Positions 20,225 through 29,307 of a stretch of 64,000 bases of DNA are shown here, one piece after another. Source of the stretch: Candidatus Lloydbacteria bacterium (lineage in GTDB: Bacteria > Patescibacteriota > Minisyncoccia > Phycocordibacterales > UBA6899); contig JAYSTI010000001.1 of NCBI GenBank assembly GCA_043719805.1, positions 4,161 to 68,160 on the forward strand. The letters run 5' to 3'. The notes beneath the pieces are model-generated. The model was given only the letters and a program-made list of their open reading frames with translations, searched no databases and had not been told where the DNA came from. Numbering within the stretch: position 1 is the first letter of the stretch; each line of letters opens with the position of its first letter. A program made the translations under genes and the position numbers.

Positions 20225-20492
20225 AAGTTAAGCAGTTGGTAATCGAACTCCATCTCCCCTTCATCTCTCTGACTCAATCAGATGGGCATCATCGGGAAGA
20301 CAGGACGAAGAGAAAAGACCCCGTCCTTTTTGGTTTTCATTACCGCTAACTGCACTGATGCCGTCTGCGTACGTGTATCAGGTCGCCCCCGGGGCAGGTT
20401 GTGAACGTGAATGCGAAATAAACATGTAGGCGCAAACACTTCCCCTGCCCCGGTTGAGCAAGAAAAAAATGCCCGCGTTAAGCGGGCATTAT
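20225..20492 (+). ncRNA. candidate structured non-coding RNA (~265 nt)
   Basis: Strong promoter, several long helices, terminal hairpin AATGCCCGC/GCGGGCATT, no SD-led ORF. Confidence 0.55.
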
Positions 20493-20545
20493 TCATTACC
20501 AATTTTTCTATACAAAAAACCCGCATCATTGATGCGGGTTCACTT

Positions 20546-22219
20546 TCAGGCAGAAGGCGGCGTTTGAGCCACCGTCACTTCTTCTTTCTTCACTTCGCCG
20601 ATTTTCTCGTCCACCCTCTTCGGACGCTTCAAACAATAGCGTCCGTTGATGATGGTGATGATCACTCTTTTGCCGTTTGCGTACTGCACGACGTGAGAGT
20701 TGGTATGGCTACTCGGGCCACCTTGCTCATACTCGAGCATACCGGTCGACTTACCTGCACTGTAGCAGCCGTCGATGATCTCCGCCGTATGGCTGTGGCC
20801 CTTTGTGACCTTCACTCCAAGCTTGGAGAGGTTCTTGGTGGTTCCACGCGAACCATTCGGACCGATGTCACCGTGGAATCCGTATTCCACTTGAGCAATC
20901 ACCTTGCTTTCTCCCGGCTTCAGGAACTGCACGTTCGGTTTCGAGAACTTCTGTGCATAGAGTCCGAATGGATCATCGTAGGAAACCCCACCTCCGGTCT
21001 TGCGCGCACTCTTCAACATCAAGGTCGCAATCTCAAGATAGAACTCGGCATTCACCGGGTCCTTTCGGAAATCAGTTTCCATCACCCAACGCAGCATTGC
21101 GCGGTCGTGATTACTGGAAACAACGACCGATTTGCGGTTCCTCATCGTGAACTTGTTTATGAAATTCACTGCCTCCTCGACTTCCACGCGCACATCGTCG
21201 ATTTTGTACTTACGCTTCGCAAAGTCCGTAAGCCAGTTATCTCGGTGATGGTGGTTACGCGAATGAAAGTCAATCGTGTCATGCCAAAAGAGATAGCGTG
21301 GGTTGATAAGCTTCACCAAGCTGTCAGAAGCGGTGAACGTGGCACTCACGACATCGGGCAACACCCAGCGTTGATGGATGTCACCCATGGAGACCGACAA
21401 CGCCGGTTTCGCGGGCTGTGCTTTCTCGGGAGTGAACTCCATGTCGAGGTCGATGAAGCTCCCCTGCTTGGTGGCGTTCAACTGACGCACGAAGAACGTA
21501 TCACCGTCAATCTCAACGATGACCGCGCCAAGACAGTGCGCGAATTTACCCAGCATGCCCTGCTTGGTGTCGGTGTAGTTACGCACCGTACAAGAGCCGG
21601 TGGTATACATCGTCTTCGCATGCTTGTGCTGAGGTGTTGCGACGGAACGCATACCACGAGAGCCGTGGCCGACAATGCCGCTCTTGTCCTTGGTAAGCGC
21701 ATCGAGGCCAACGAGAGGTTGTCGCGCCGCCCATTGCACCTTGACGTCGCCAAGGATCACGAGCCGCTCATTCAGAGTGATCCAGCCATTGCAGAGATAC
21801 GGCACAACCGCTTCGTCCCACCATTCGTTCTCTTTGTTCTTTTGAGTCCACTGACTGGTCGGGTTCTTATACCGACCGGGAATCACAACGAGTTCGGCAC
21901 CGTAATACTTCGCCGCAACGAGCAATGCTTGCCACGTTGGACGATGAATTGGCGTCGCATTTTGCGCCGCGGTGATGATGTAGCGTTTTGCCGTCGGCAA
22001 AGTGGTACGCATCGTCACGGGCGTAGCGGGAATTTCCGCGGAAGGAGCCGTCGTCTTGTGCCCGCAGGACTTGCAGACAAAGCGTTGCTTTTCGCTGCCG
22101 GTGTTCGTGGTCTGACCGTTTTTCTTGAGCCAACCACTGGCGCACTTCGGGCAATACCCATGCCCGCTCGATCCCGGCTTCTCTTCAGCCTGCGCAGTGT
22201 CAATTTTTTTCGAATTCAT
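20546..22219 (-). CDS. phage T5 A1-like metallophosphoesterase nuclease with N-terminal Zn ribbon
   Basis: CPKC..KNG..QRFVCKSC; RYIITAAQN, FFVRQL, GDIH, DFHSRNHH, SNHD, HGDIGPNGSRG, GHSH, YANGKR. Confidence 0.8.
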   Translation of the reverse strand: MNSKKIDTAQAEEKPGSSGHGYCPKCASGWLKKNGQTTNTGSEKQRFVCKSCGHKTTAPSAEIPATPVTMRTTLPTAKRYIITAAQNATPIHRPTWQALLVAAKYYGAELVVIPGRYKNPTSQWTQKNKENEWWDEAVVPYLCNGWITLNERLVILGDVKVQWAARQPLVGLDALTKDKSGIVGHGSRGMRSVATPQHKHAKTMYTTGSCTVRNYTDTKQGMLGKFAHCLGAVIVEIDGDTFFVRQLNATKQGSFIDLDMEFTPEKAQPAKPALSVSMGDIHQRWVLPDVVSATFTASDSLVKLINPRYLFWHDTIDFHSRNHHHRDNWLTDFAKRKYKIDDVRVEVEEAVNFINKFTMRNRKSVVVSSNHDRAMLRWVMETDFRKDPVNAEFYLEIATLMLKSARKTGGGVSYDDPFGLYAQKFSKPNVQFLKPGESKVIAQVEYGFHGDIGPNGSRGTTKNLSKLGVKVTKGHSHTAEIIDGCYSAGKSTGMLEYEQGGPSSHTNSHVVQYANGKRVIITIINGRYCLKRPKRVDEKIGEVKKEEVTVAQTPPSA

Positions 22220-22391
22220 TATGTTCCCCTTTCAGAGAATTTTTTCAACGAACCATTGCTTCCCCCATTCTAGGCACTGTAAAGCATATGACCATCTTGA
22301 CAGCGTGCAAAAAAGAAACCATACTGCAACATTTTACGGTGCTAACTCAATGCCGCAGGGTGGTCGTCGCCCTATCCCCACATTATTATAT

Positions 22392-23093
22392 TCACTTGAT
22401 TCCGAGGAGATCAAAAAGCAATTTACGCACGAGCGTGACGTTCTCTTTTTTAGACGCAGAGAACTGAATGATGTCGGCATCGGGAAATTCTTCTACGAGT
22501 TTTGCCATTACCTTTGGGCGGTCGTTGCCGGTAAGTTTGTCTATCTTATTTGCGATGATGAGCAGCGGGTGACCATGCAGACGTGCGAGGTCGATGAGCT
22601 CGTAGTCGTGGTCGGTCGCTCCGACACGCGCATCGAGGATGAGTACGAGCAGTTTTGGTTTTGCCTCACCACTCGTAATGTACCAAGCAATGTGTTTGCG
22701 AATCTTATCTTTCGCATCGTTGGTCATGCGTGCGTAGCCGTATCCCGGAAGGTCAACAAAATACCCTTTCCCTCCGACCTCAAAAAAGTTAATCTCCTGC
22801 GTCTTTCCCGGAGTCGAACTGGTGCGCGCCACAACTGCGCCCAAAAGGGCGTTAATGGTGGAGGACTTTCCCACGTTCGAGCGGCCAACAAAGGCAATCT
22901 GCGGTTTTGTGTCAAAAAGAATGTTATCCGTACCCTTGATGCCACGAGCGAACTTCACCGGCACACCGGAGGCAGTCTGGGGCTTCCAATGCTTCGTTGG
23001 CTTCGGTGGGAGCAAAAGTTTGCGTGACGGCTTTTTCTTCACATTGGTCGCCTTACTCGCGTGTGATTTTTTGGGTTTTGAGTTGCGTTGCAT
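22392..23093 (-). CDS. engB: ribosome biogenesis GTPase YihA/EngB
   Basis: GRSNVGKSS, PGKTQ, DLPGYG, NKIDK. Confidence 0.95.
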   Translation of the reverse strand: MQRNSKPKKSHASKATNVKKKPSRKLLLPPKPTKHWKPQTASGVPVKFARGIKGTDNILFDTKPQIAFVGRSNVGKSSTINALLGAVVARTSSTPGKTQEINFFEVGGKGYFVDLPGYGYARMTNDAKDKIRKHIAWYITSGEAKPKLLVLILDARVGATDHDYELIDLARLHGHPLLIIANKIDKLTGNDRPKVMAKLVEEFPDADIIQFSASKKENVTLVRKLLFDLLGIK

Positions 23094-23266
23094 ATGGACA
23101 TACTAGCCGACTACCCTCATGCGCGCAACAAAAAAGCCGCGCTTGGGTGGCGCGGCTTCACGAAGTATTACTTCTTGAAAAGCAGGTGCATTCTTGACTC
23201 GAAGTAAGTCTCATAAGAACATTTTATCTTCACTTCAGTATGAGACCGGGGGAATCCGGGAGGTCC

Positions 23267-23512
23267 CTACGGGTTTTCCGTTGGCTTGTGGAACTTTTCT
23301 TTCGCCGCACACGATGCGCACGTCTGGCCACCTTCGCAATAGTAAGCGCCACCAGCAGACCGTGCTGGATGGTCTACGTGTAGCGACGATGGGAAGTCCA
23401 TGTCTTTTGCACAGCTCGTGCAAATTTCAACCCCTGTCGCCTTTTCTCGCGCGAGGGCCTCGTCGAGCAATCGGGCAAAGGTCTTGGCCGGCTGATTGTT
23501 TCCTGCGGACAT
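23267..23512 (-). CDS. small Cys-rich (putative Zn-binding) hypothetical protein
   Basis: CTSC...YYCEGGQTCASC; SD AGGAG. Confidence 0.6.
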   Translation of the reverse strand: MSAGNNQPAKTFARLLDEALAREKATGVEICTSCAKDMDFPSSLHVDHPARSAGGAYYCEGGQTCASCAAKEKFHKPTENP

Positions 23513-23636
23513 TCGAGTCTCCTGTTTGTTCTTCCCGCATTATTCACGATTGTGTAAATTTGTCAATTATAGAAGTGGTTCTTCCGTGTTATACTCGCAG
23601 TACAAATTTAAAACATTTATTCAACGAGAAACATTT

Positions 23637-24419
23637 ATGGACAATGAACACCCTACGCCAGCAGTGCATCATGTTACAAAGCCAAAGCGCGACGATAGTC
23701 TCAACATTCCAATAGCAATTGTTTTTGCCGGGATTCTCGTCGCCGGAGCAATTGTCTTTTCCAACAAGAACGTTGCAAGCGCGCCCTTGCAAGCCCCCGG
23801 GGCCCCATCCGTTGCACAAGGAGATCCAACCGGCGGACCGGTTGATGTCGCACTTCTCACATTAAAGGAGGATGATCATATTCAAGGAAATCCCAACGCA
23901 GACGTAGTCATCATCGAATATTCTGATACAGAGTGCCCATTCTGCAAGCGTCTCCATGAGACGATGAAACTGGTCATGGCAGAATACGGTCAGGAGGGGC
24001 AAGTCGCTTGGGTGTTTCGCCACTTCCCCCTTGATATGCATCCGAAGGCCCGCAAAGAAGCGGAGGCACTTGAATGTGCAAATGAGCTTGGCGGCAACGA
24101 CGCGTTCTGGAAATACAACGACAAGTTATTCGAGATTACTCCGGGCAACAACGGACTCGACGCCGCGATGCTCCCACAGATTGCCTCAATGGTCGGATTG
24201 GATGCCGCAAAATTCACTGCGTGTTTGGATAGCGGCAAATACGCCGCCCGGGTACAACGTGATTTTGAAAGCGGAGCAAGTGTCGGAGTTCGCGGAACAC
24301 CATACTCCATCATTTGGAATCGAAAGACCGGAAAACAGGTTCCAATGAACGGAGCCTACCCGCTCGAGAACGTGAAGGCGTTGCTTGATGGTATTATCGC
24401 TCCCACTTCAGCAGAGTAA
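23637..24419 (+). CDS. DsbA family protein
   Basis: EYSDTECPFC, RHFPL, GVRGTP, N-terminal TM. Confidence 0.92.
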   Translation: MDNEHPTPAVHHVTKPKRDDSLNIPIAIVFAGILVAGAIVFSNKNVASAPLQAPGAPSVAQGDPTGGPVDVALLTLKEDDHIQGNPNADVVIIEYSDTECPFCKRLHETMKLVMAEYGQEGQVAWVFRHFPLDMHPKARKEAEALECANELGGNDAFWKYNDKLFEITPGNNGLDAAMLPQIASMVGLDAAKFTACLDSGKYAARVQRDFESGASVGVRGTPYSIIWNRKTGKQVPMNGAYPLENVKALLDGIIAPTSAE

Positions 24420-24499
24420 GCAAGGATTTCATAAATGACCAAAAATCTCCGCACTGGCGGAGATTTTTTATTTGATAAATTTTAAGCAAACACAACACG

Positions 24500-24738
24500 A
24501 AGAGTTTATCAAAAAACCCCAGATGCAAGGCGCTGGGTGAGGAATGGGATGGAACCCATTCAGCAAGACCTTTTGAGATATTTTCTGCGACCAATTTTTC
24601 TTAACGGTACTCCGTCTTAGAAAAATGAAGTACTCGCCGTGGTGAAATATCCAAAAGGTGTACAGCTCCCGTAGGGAGGCAGGGGCATAAGTGTTTCACC
24701 TTACAACAAAGCATGTGGGGGAATTTTGATAAACTCTT
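24500..24738 (+). repeat. structured repeat family A copy with a nested family B motif
   Basis: Arms AAGAGTTTATCAAAA / TTTTGATAAACTCTT; core CAGATGCAAGGCG...ACAACAAAGCA. Confidence 0.75.
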
Positions 24739-25024
24739 ATATTCCTAATGCGATACGGACATCTTCGGGCGTTACCCACTCCGGTTCAAATGTTATCTCA
24801 ACGCGCACCTCAACGCCGAAGGGCTTGAGGGCCTTCTCGACAGCCTGCACTATCTGATTGCCATATGGGCAAAACGGCGTAGTGAGTGTCATGAGGATAT
24901 CGATACCCGCGTCATTGATATCGATGTTATAAATCAGCCCAAGCGTGTAGACGTCGATATGTATCTCAGGGTCTTCTACTGTTTTTAATGCCTTGATGAT
25001 GTCGTCTTTGGTAAATGGGTTCAT
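24737..25024 (-). CDS. metal-sulfur cluster assembly factor (SufT/DUF59)
   Basis: VEDPEI..DVYTLGLIY..MTLTTPFCP..FEPEW. Confidence 0.9.
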   Translation of the reverse strand: MNPFTKDDIIKALKTVEDPEIHIDVYTLGLIYNIDINDAGIDILMTLTTPFCPYGNQIVQAVEKALKPFGVEVRVEITFEPEWVTPEDVRIALGI

Positions 25025-25755
25025 ACGATTGATTCAAATCCTTCTTTGGAAATTTTTTCAATAAGCTCGCCTTTTCCGGATGCGACAATTTTTCCGTCTT
25101 TTATGACGGACACGATGTCCGGGGTAAGGTGCTCGAGTATTTTGCTGTAATGAGTCACAAGCAAAAATCCCACACCCTTCGCGCGGAGTGACTCGATGAC
25201 GGCAAATACGCGCTTCAACGCATCAATGTCGACACCGGAATCTATTTCATCGAGGAGCGCGAATTTCGGCTCGAGTGCGAGAAGTTGGAGCACCTCAGAC
25301 TGCTTCTTCTCCCCTCCCGAAAGTCCCGTATTCAAATGCTTGCGCAGAAATGTCGGGTCGATGCCAAACTCTTTTGCGCGCGCTTCCATCAGCTTGTAAA
25401 AGTCCAATGGGGCGACGGGACTTTCCGGTTTTATGCTTTTGTGCGCACGAAAAAGAAAATTGGTGAGCGTCACGCCGGCAATTTCCGGCAAATGCTGAAG
25501 CGAAAGAAAAATTCCTGCACGCGCCTTCTTTTCGGTGGCGAGCGTAGTGATGTCCTCTCCATCGAGCAAGACCGACCCATCCGCGATAGTGTACTTCGGA
25601 TGCCCCATGATGCCGTTTAACAGTGACGACTTTCCCGAACCATTCGGCCCCATGAGTATGTGTATCTCTCCGCTTTTGAGTACGAGAGAAGCGCCGTCCA
25701 CAACGGTCTTTTCTCCTGTGCGCACCGTAAGATTGTTGATACAGAGTTCGCTCAT
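25021..25755 (-). CDS. sufC: Fe-S cluster assembly ATPase SufC
   Basis: MGPNGSGKS, GHPKY, LSGGEKK, LDEIDSGVD, VTHY. Confidence 0.93.
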   Translation of the reverse strand: MSELCINNLTVRTGEKTVVDGASLVLKSGEIHILMGPNGSGKSSLLNGIMGHPKYTIADGSVLLDGEDITTLATEKKARAGIFLSLQHLPEIAGVTLTNFLFRAHKSIKPESPVAPLDFYKLMEARAKEFGIDPTFLRKHLNTGLSGGEKKQSEVLQLLALEPKFALLDEIDSGVDIDALKRVFAVIESLRAKGVGFLLVTHYSKILEHLTPDIVSVIKDGKIVASGKGELIEKISKEGFESIV

Positions 25756-25858
25756 ACATGTTGGTGTATTAGACACTAAAATAAAGAGAAAGGCAAGGAA
25801 TGATGCGGGGTAATAAAAAGGGCGCATAATCACATGCGCCCCACTTCTCAAAACCTGA

Positions 25859-26974
25859 TCAGATGCACTCGGTAACGATTCCGCGCTTCTCCATCTCGGC
25901 AATGACCATGTTGCCGGTGATGAGCTCCACTGGGATGACGCCACGGGGAATCCTCGCCTGCACGGCAAGAATTGCGATGATTGATGCGTGGAAGCCGGTC
26001 AACCGCTGCATTGCAGTGAATTGGGTTTTGTCGTCGTAGAGGTCAACGACCCGGCGCTCGACATGCACCAAGCGGCCGGCTGCATCGCGACCGTCGGCAT
26101 GGGCGACGATAAATCCAATATCCGAAAATTCATTGATGGTCGTCCCAAGACGCGTCTCGAGCTCCTCGCGCAGGCGACCCTGTTTCCGGAATTCGCGGAG
26201 CATCTTCCAATGCCCCGGATAGCGCAATGTCTTGTACTTGAGGTCTCGTAGCGAAGGAAATGCCTTCTGATAAGTCCAAGGTGCCGTCGAGAGTCCACCG
26301 GATGTATACGACGCCTCGAGTACAACAAGTGGGGCTACCGACAATGTTTCGACACTGCCGAGACACGTCCGCTTCCTTCGTTTTCCGTCGGCAAGTACAT
26401 CGGCAAACCCCGAATATTCGTTTACAAGCCCGCCCATGCTGAAGCACAGTGCGTACTTGAGCTCACCCTCCGGTTTCTGCGGCAATCCTCCGCAATATAT
26501 ACTGCACGACTCCGGTTGTGCGATTGCCGAGATTGCCGAATGCGCAAGCGACAGGTTGAACCCTGGGCCCATCCCGCAGTCAGGAACAATGCTGACGCAC
26601 GCCGCTATTGCACGAGCATCATGCTTGTGTTGTGCACGTACGACACCAGTATTCCCACCGAGATCAACCATGTGCACACCTGCGCAAATCGCAGCGTCAG
26701 TGACGGCCTCATTCAACTTGAACGACATAGCCGAGACGACGGCATCTGCACCTCTGAGTACGCCATCAAGATGTGCGGGATTACCCGCATCGAGCTGCCT
26801 ACCGTAAACAATATGCTCTCCGAGAAGCTTGTTTACTCGAGCGGCACCAGCTGTGGCCTTCTGGCCATCCACATCGCACAGAGCCACGTACTCCGAACGC
26901 CCAAACTTCGCCAAGTCGTATGCAACGGCGACGCCTTGCGTCCCCGCTCCGAGCACCACATATCGATAGCCCAT
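25859..26974 (-). CDS. saccharopine dehydrogenase / lysine 6-dehydrogenase family protein
   Basis: VLGAGTQG, DLGG, DCGMGPG, GGLPQ, TLRYPGH, TAMQRLTG. Confidence 0.88.
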   Translation of the reverse strand: MGYRYVVLGAGTQGVAVAYDLAKFGRSEYVALCDVDGQKATAGAARVNKLLGEHIVYGRQLDAGNPAHLDGVLRGADAVVSAMSFKLNEAVTDAAICAGVHMVDLGGNTGVVRAQHKHDARAIAACVSIVPDCGMGPGFNLSLAHSAISAIAQPESCSIYCGGLPQKPEGELKYALCFSMGGLVNEYSGFADVLADGKRRKRTCLGSVETLSVAPLVVLEASYTSGGLSTAPWTYQKAFPSLRDLKYKTLRYPGHWKMLREFRKQGRLREELETRLGTTINEFSDIGFIVAHADGRDAAGRLVHVERRVVDLYDDKTQFTAMQRLTGFHASIIAILAVQARIPRGVIPVELITGNMVIAEMEKRGIVTECI

Positions 26975-27052
26975 TTCATGCTCCTAATTCAAAAAGAAAC
27001 CATCCACTACACACATTACGCCGTGAAAAAATAAAAGCAATTGACTTCCCGC

Positions 27053-27412
27053 TTAAAGAATGGCCATCCGTAAAGTCGAGAGCGCGAGCATGGCGCACTT
27101 TTCGCGCTGCGGAGTGATTATCAGACCGTACAGTTCGTACATATCTTTTTCCGTGAGTTTCGCAATGTCGGACTTCGTCATTCCCTTCACTTTGTCCGTC
27201 AGCATCGATGCACCGGATTGCGATATTGCACAACCAAAACCTTCGAAGGTGATGTCGCCAAGCACATCGTCTTTCCATTTCAAATACAAGATGAGGTCAT
27301 CACCGCAAGTGATATTCTCTCCTATTTGTTTCACATCATAGCCCTCCATCCGCACTTTGTTGTGAGGGTGTTTGTAGTGTTCGAGAATATGTTCTTGGTA
27401 GAGTGGGTCCAT
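27053..27412 (-). CDS. sufU: SUF system NifU/SufU scaffold
   Basis: LYQEHILEHYKHPHN, CGD, GCAISQS, KCA. Confidence 0.9.
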   Translation of the reverse strand: MDPLYQEHILEHYKHPHNKVRMEGYDVKQIGENITCGDDLILYLKWKDDVLGDITFEGFGCAISQSGASMLTDKVKGMTKSDIAKLTEKDMYELYGLIITPQREKCAMLALSTLRMAIL

Positions 27413-27416
27413 ACAA

Positions 27417-27773
27417 CTAGACAAGTGGCAATATGGCCGCTACTAATTGAAGAAAGGATGCTGCACCAATTCCTACGTACATAGCAAAAAGATAGGTTTT
27501 CTTTTTTTGAAACCATCCGAGTGCATACGCCACCGTCGGAATAACAATAACAATAATCACTAGGCATAAAGTTATTATGCGCCCCCAACAATCACCACTC
27601 GGGCTCCACCACTGATCAAGATTAAAGTGCCCCAAACAATAGTAACTTGCAAATTGTTCAAGAAACGGACTTAGAAAATTAGATGCAGGAAAACTTGAAG
27701 GAACAACCAATCCCAAAAGGAAATAGCAGATGCTTACTACTATGGGCTTTGCTATTGGGGTCACGATTTTCAT
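27417..27773 (-). CDS. hypothetical membrane protein (AT-rich)
   Basis: Three hydrophobic segments. Confidence 0.6.
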   Translation of the reverse strand: MKIVTPIAKPIVVSICYFLLGLVVPSSFPASNFLSPFLEQFASYYCLGHFNLDQWWSPSGDCWGRIITLCLVIIVIVIPTVAYALGWFQKKKTYLFAMYVGIGAASFLQLVAAILPLV

Positions 27774-27794
27774 AATTCAAATATTAATTTAGTC

Positions 27795-28088
27795 TCACGT
27801 AAAATTCTTCCACAATATCACCACAATGGCGATGCCGCTTGCGACCATGAGGAGAAATGGAAGTATCGCAATGATTACCGTTGGCGACAAAAAAGAAAAA
27901 GGTTCTGTTTTGTTCTGCCTTGCCTCCTTCACGCTCGCATAAACCGCGAAACCGTTGACCACAAACAACACACCTGCCAATCCAAGTTTCTGCAAGACTG
28001 TGGGATGCTCGAAAAGCCCAAAAGCCAAAAGCAGGACGATGCAGATGAGGACCATTATTCTTACTCCGGAGTGTACGAGAAATTTCAT
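27795..28088 (-). CDS. hypothetical membrane protein
   Basis: Three hydrophobic segments. Confidence 0.65.
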   Translation of the reverse strand: MKFLVHSGVRIMVLICIVLLLAFGLFEHPTVLQKLGLAGVLFVVNGFAVYASVKEARQNKTEPFSFLSPTVIIAILPFLLMVASGIAIVVILWKNFT

Positions 28089-28092
28089 ATAT

Positions 28093-29307
28093 TTATTTAG
28101 CGAATAATGCCCTCGCCTTCTTCACTCCTTCGACAAGGGAATCGACGTCTTTCTTTGTGTTGTAGAGATGAAAACTCGCACGCGTGGTGGAGGAAATACC
28201 AAGTGCAGTATGGAGCGGAATGGCACAGTGGTGACCAGGGCGGACGGCAACGCTATCACGTGCAAGGATTTCGGCAATATCATGAGGGTGGGCAAAATCA
28301 CACGCAAAACTCACAATACCAATATTCCTCGCTCCACGGCGCTCGGCGACAATGCGAACACCCGGGACTCTTTCGAGCTCCTCTACCGCGTAATGCACGA
28401 GCTCCACGTTGTGCGCATGGATACTCTCAATCCCAACGCTGCTGATATAGTCGACTGCTGCACCAAGGCCAATGGCGCCTGATATATTCTTTGTTCCCGC
28501 CTCGAATCGCGACGGAATCTCTGCCCACTCAGCAGTTTTTTCTCCCACATCCGCTATCATGTGGCCACCGAATATCGATGGTGAAAGTTTTTCGAGTAAT
28601 GCATATTTTGCCCAAAGTATTCCTATCCCCGTCGGCGCGAACATTTTGTGTCCGGAAAAATAGAGCGCATCGCAACCAAGCGCCTTCACGTCAACGGGAA
28701 TATGTCCCATCGCAGCAGTCGCATCAACGACCATTATCGCCCCATGCTGATGGGCAATCTTCGCCAGGCGCTGAATGTCATTTACTGCCCCCGTCACATT
28801 TGATGCAAGCACGACAGACACAAGTGCAGTTTTCTCAGTTATTATTTGTTCCGCTTTTTCATAGTTAAGCGCGAGGCCTTTCATCGGAATGACGGAAAGC
28901 GGTATTGATTTACGAAATGCGAATTGCTGAAGCGGGACAAGCGATGCATGATGTTCCATGATTGAGGTAACTATCTCCTTTTGCTCTTCGGTGTGGCATG
29001 CCGATTCTTCAATCATGCGCGTCAACATATTGGATGACTCCGTGGCTCCGGAAGTAAAAATAACCTCTTTGGGGTCGGCGCCGATAAAGGCCGCAACTTT
29101 TTTTCGTGCGTTTTCATACAATTCAGTTGCCTTCATTGCTTCTTTAAACATACCCTGATGAACATTCGCGCGTGCGTTGGTGTAGTAGTCAATCTCAGCG
29201 TCGAGAACCGACCGTGGGGTAAGCGAGGTTGCCGCTGAGTCGAGGTAGTGAGTATCTTCACCTCCGATTTGCGAGAAATCTTTGCGAATGTTCATTGCGT
29301 CTATCAT
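28093..29307 (-). CDS. sufS: cysteine desulfurase SufS
   Basis: YLDSAAT, EHHAS, SGHKM, RPGHHC. Confidence 0.93.
   Translation of the reverse strand: MIDAMNIRKDFSQIGGEDTHYLDSAATSLTPRSVLDAEIDYYTNARANVHQGMFKEAMKATELYENARKKVAAFIGADPKEVIFTSGATESSNMLTRMIEESACHTEEQKEIVTSIMEHHASLVPLQQFAFRKSIPLSVIPMKGLALNYEKAEQIITEKTALVSVVLASNVTGAVNDIQRLAKIAHQHGAIMVVDATAAMGHIPVDVKALGCDALYFSGHKMFAPTGIGILWAKYALLEKLSPSIFGGHMIADVGEKTAEWAEIPSRFEAGTKNISGAIGLGAAVDYISSVGIESIHAHNVELVHYAVEELERVPGVRIVAERRGARNIGIVSFACDFAHPHDIAEILARDSVAVRPGHHCAIPLHTALGISSTTRASFHLYNTKKDVDSLVEGVKKARALFAK

Noticed and set aside
20411-22273. 620 aa ORF antisense to the A1-like gene
   Set aside because: No recognisable motifs and no SD. It crosses two terminator hairpins and is best explained as a shadow ORF from codon bias of the real gene.
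22125-23027. 300 aa ORF antisense to engB, with a TTGACA-17-CATACT promoter at 22297
   Set aside because: Shadow of a conserved gene. The promoter may give a short antisense transcript, but I cannot support a product.
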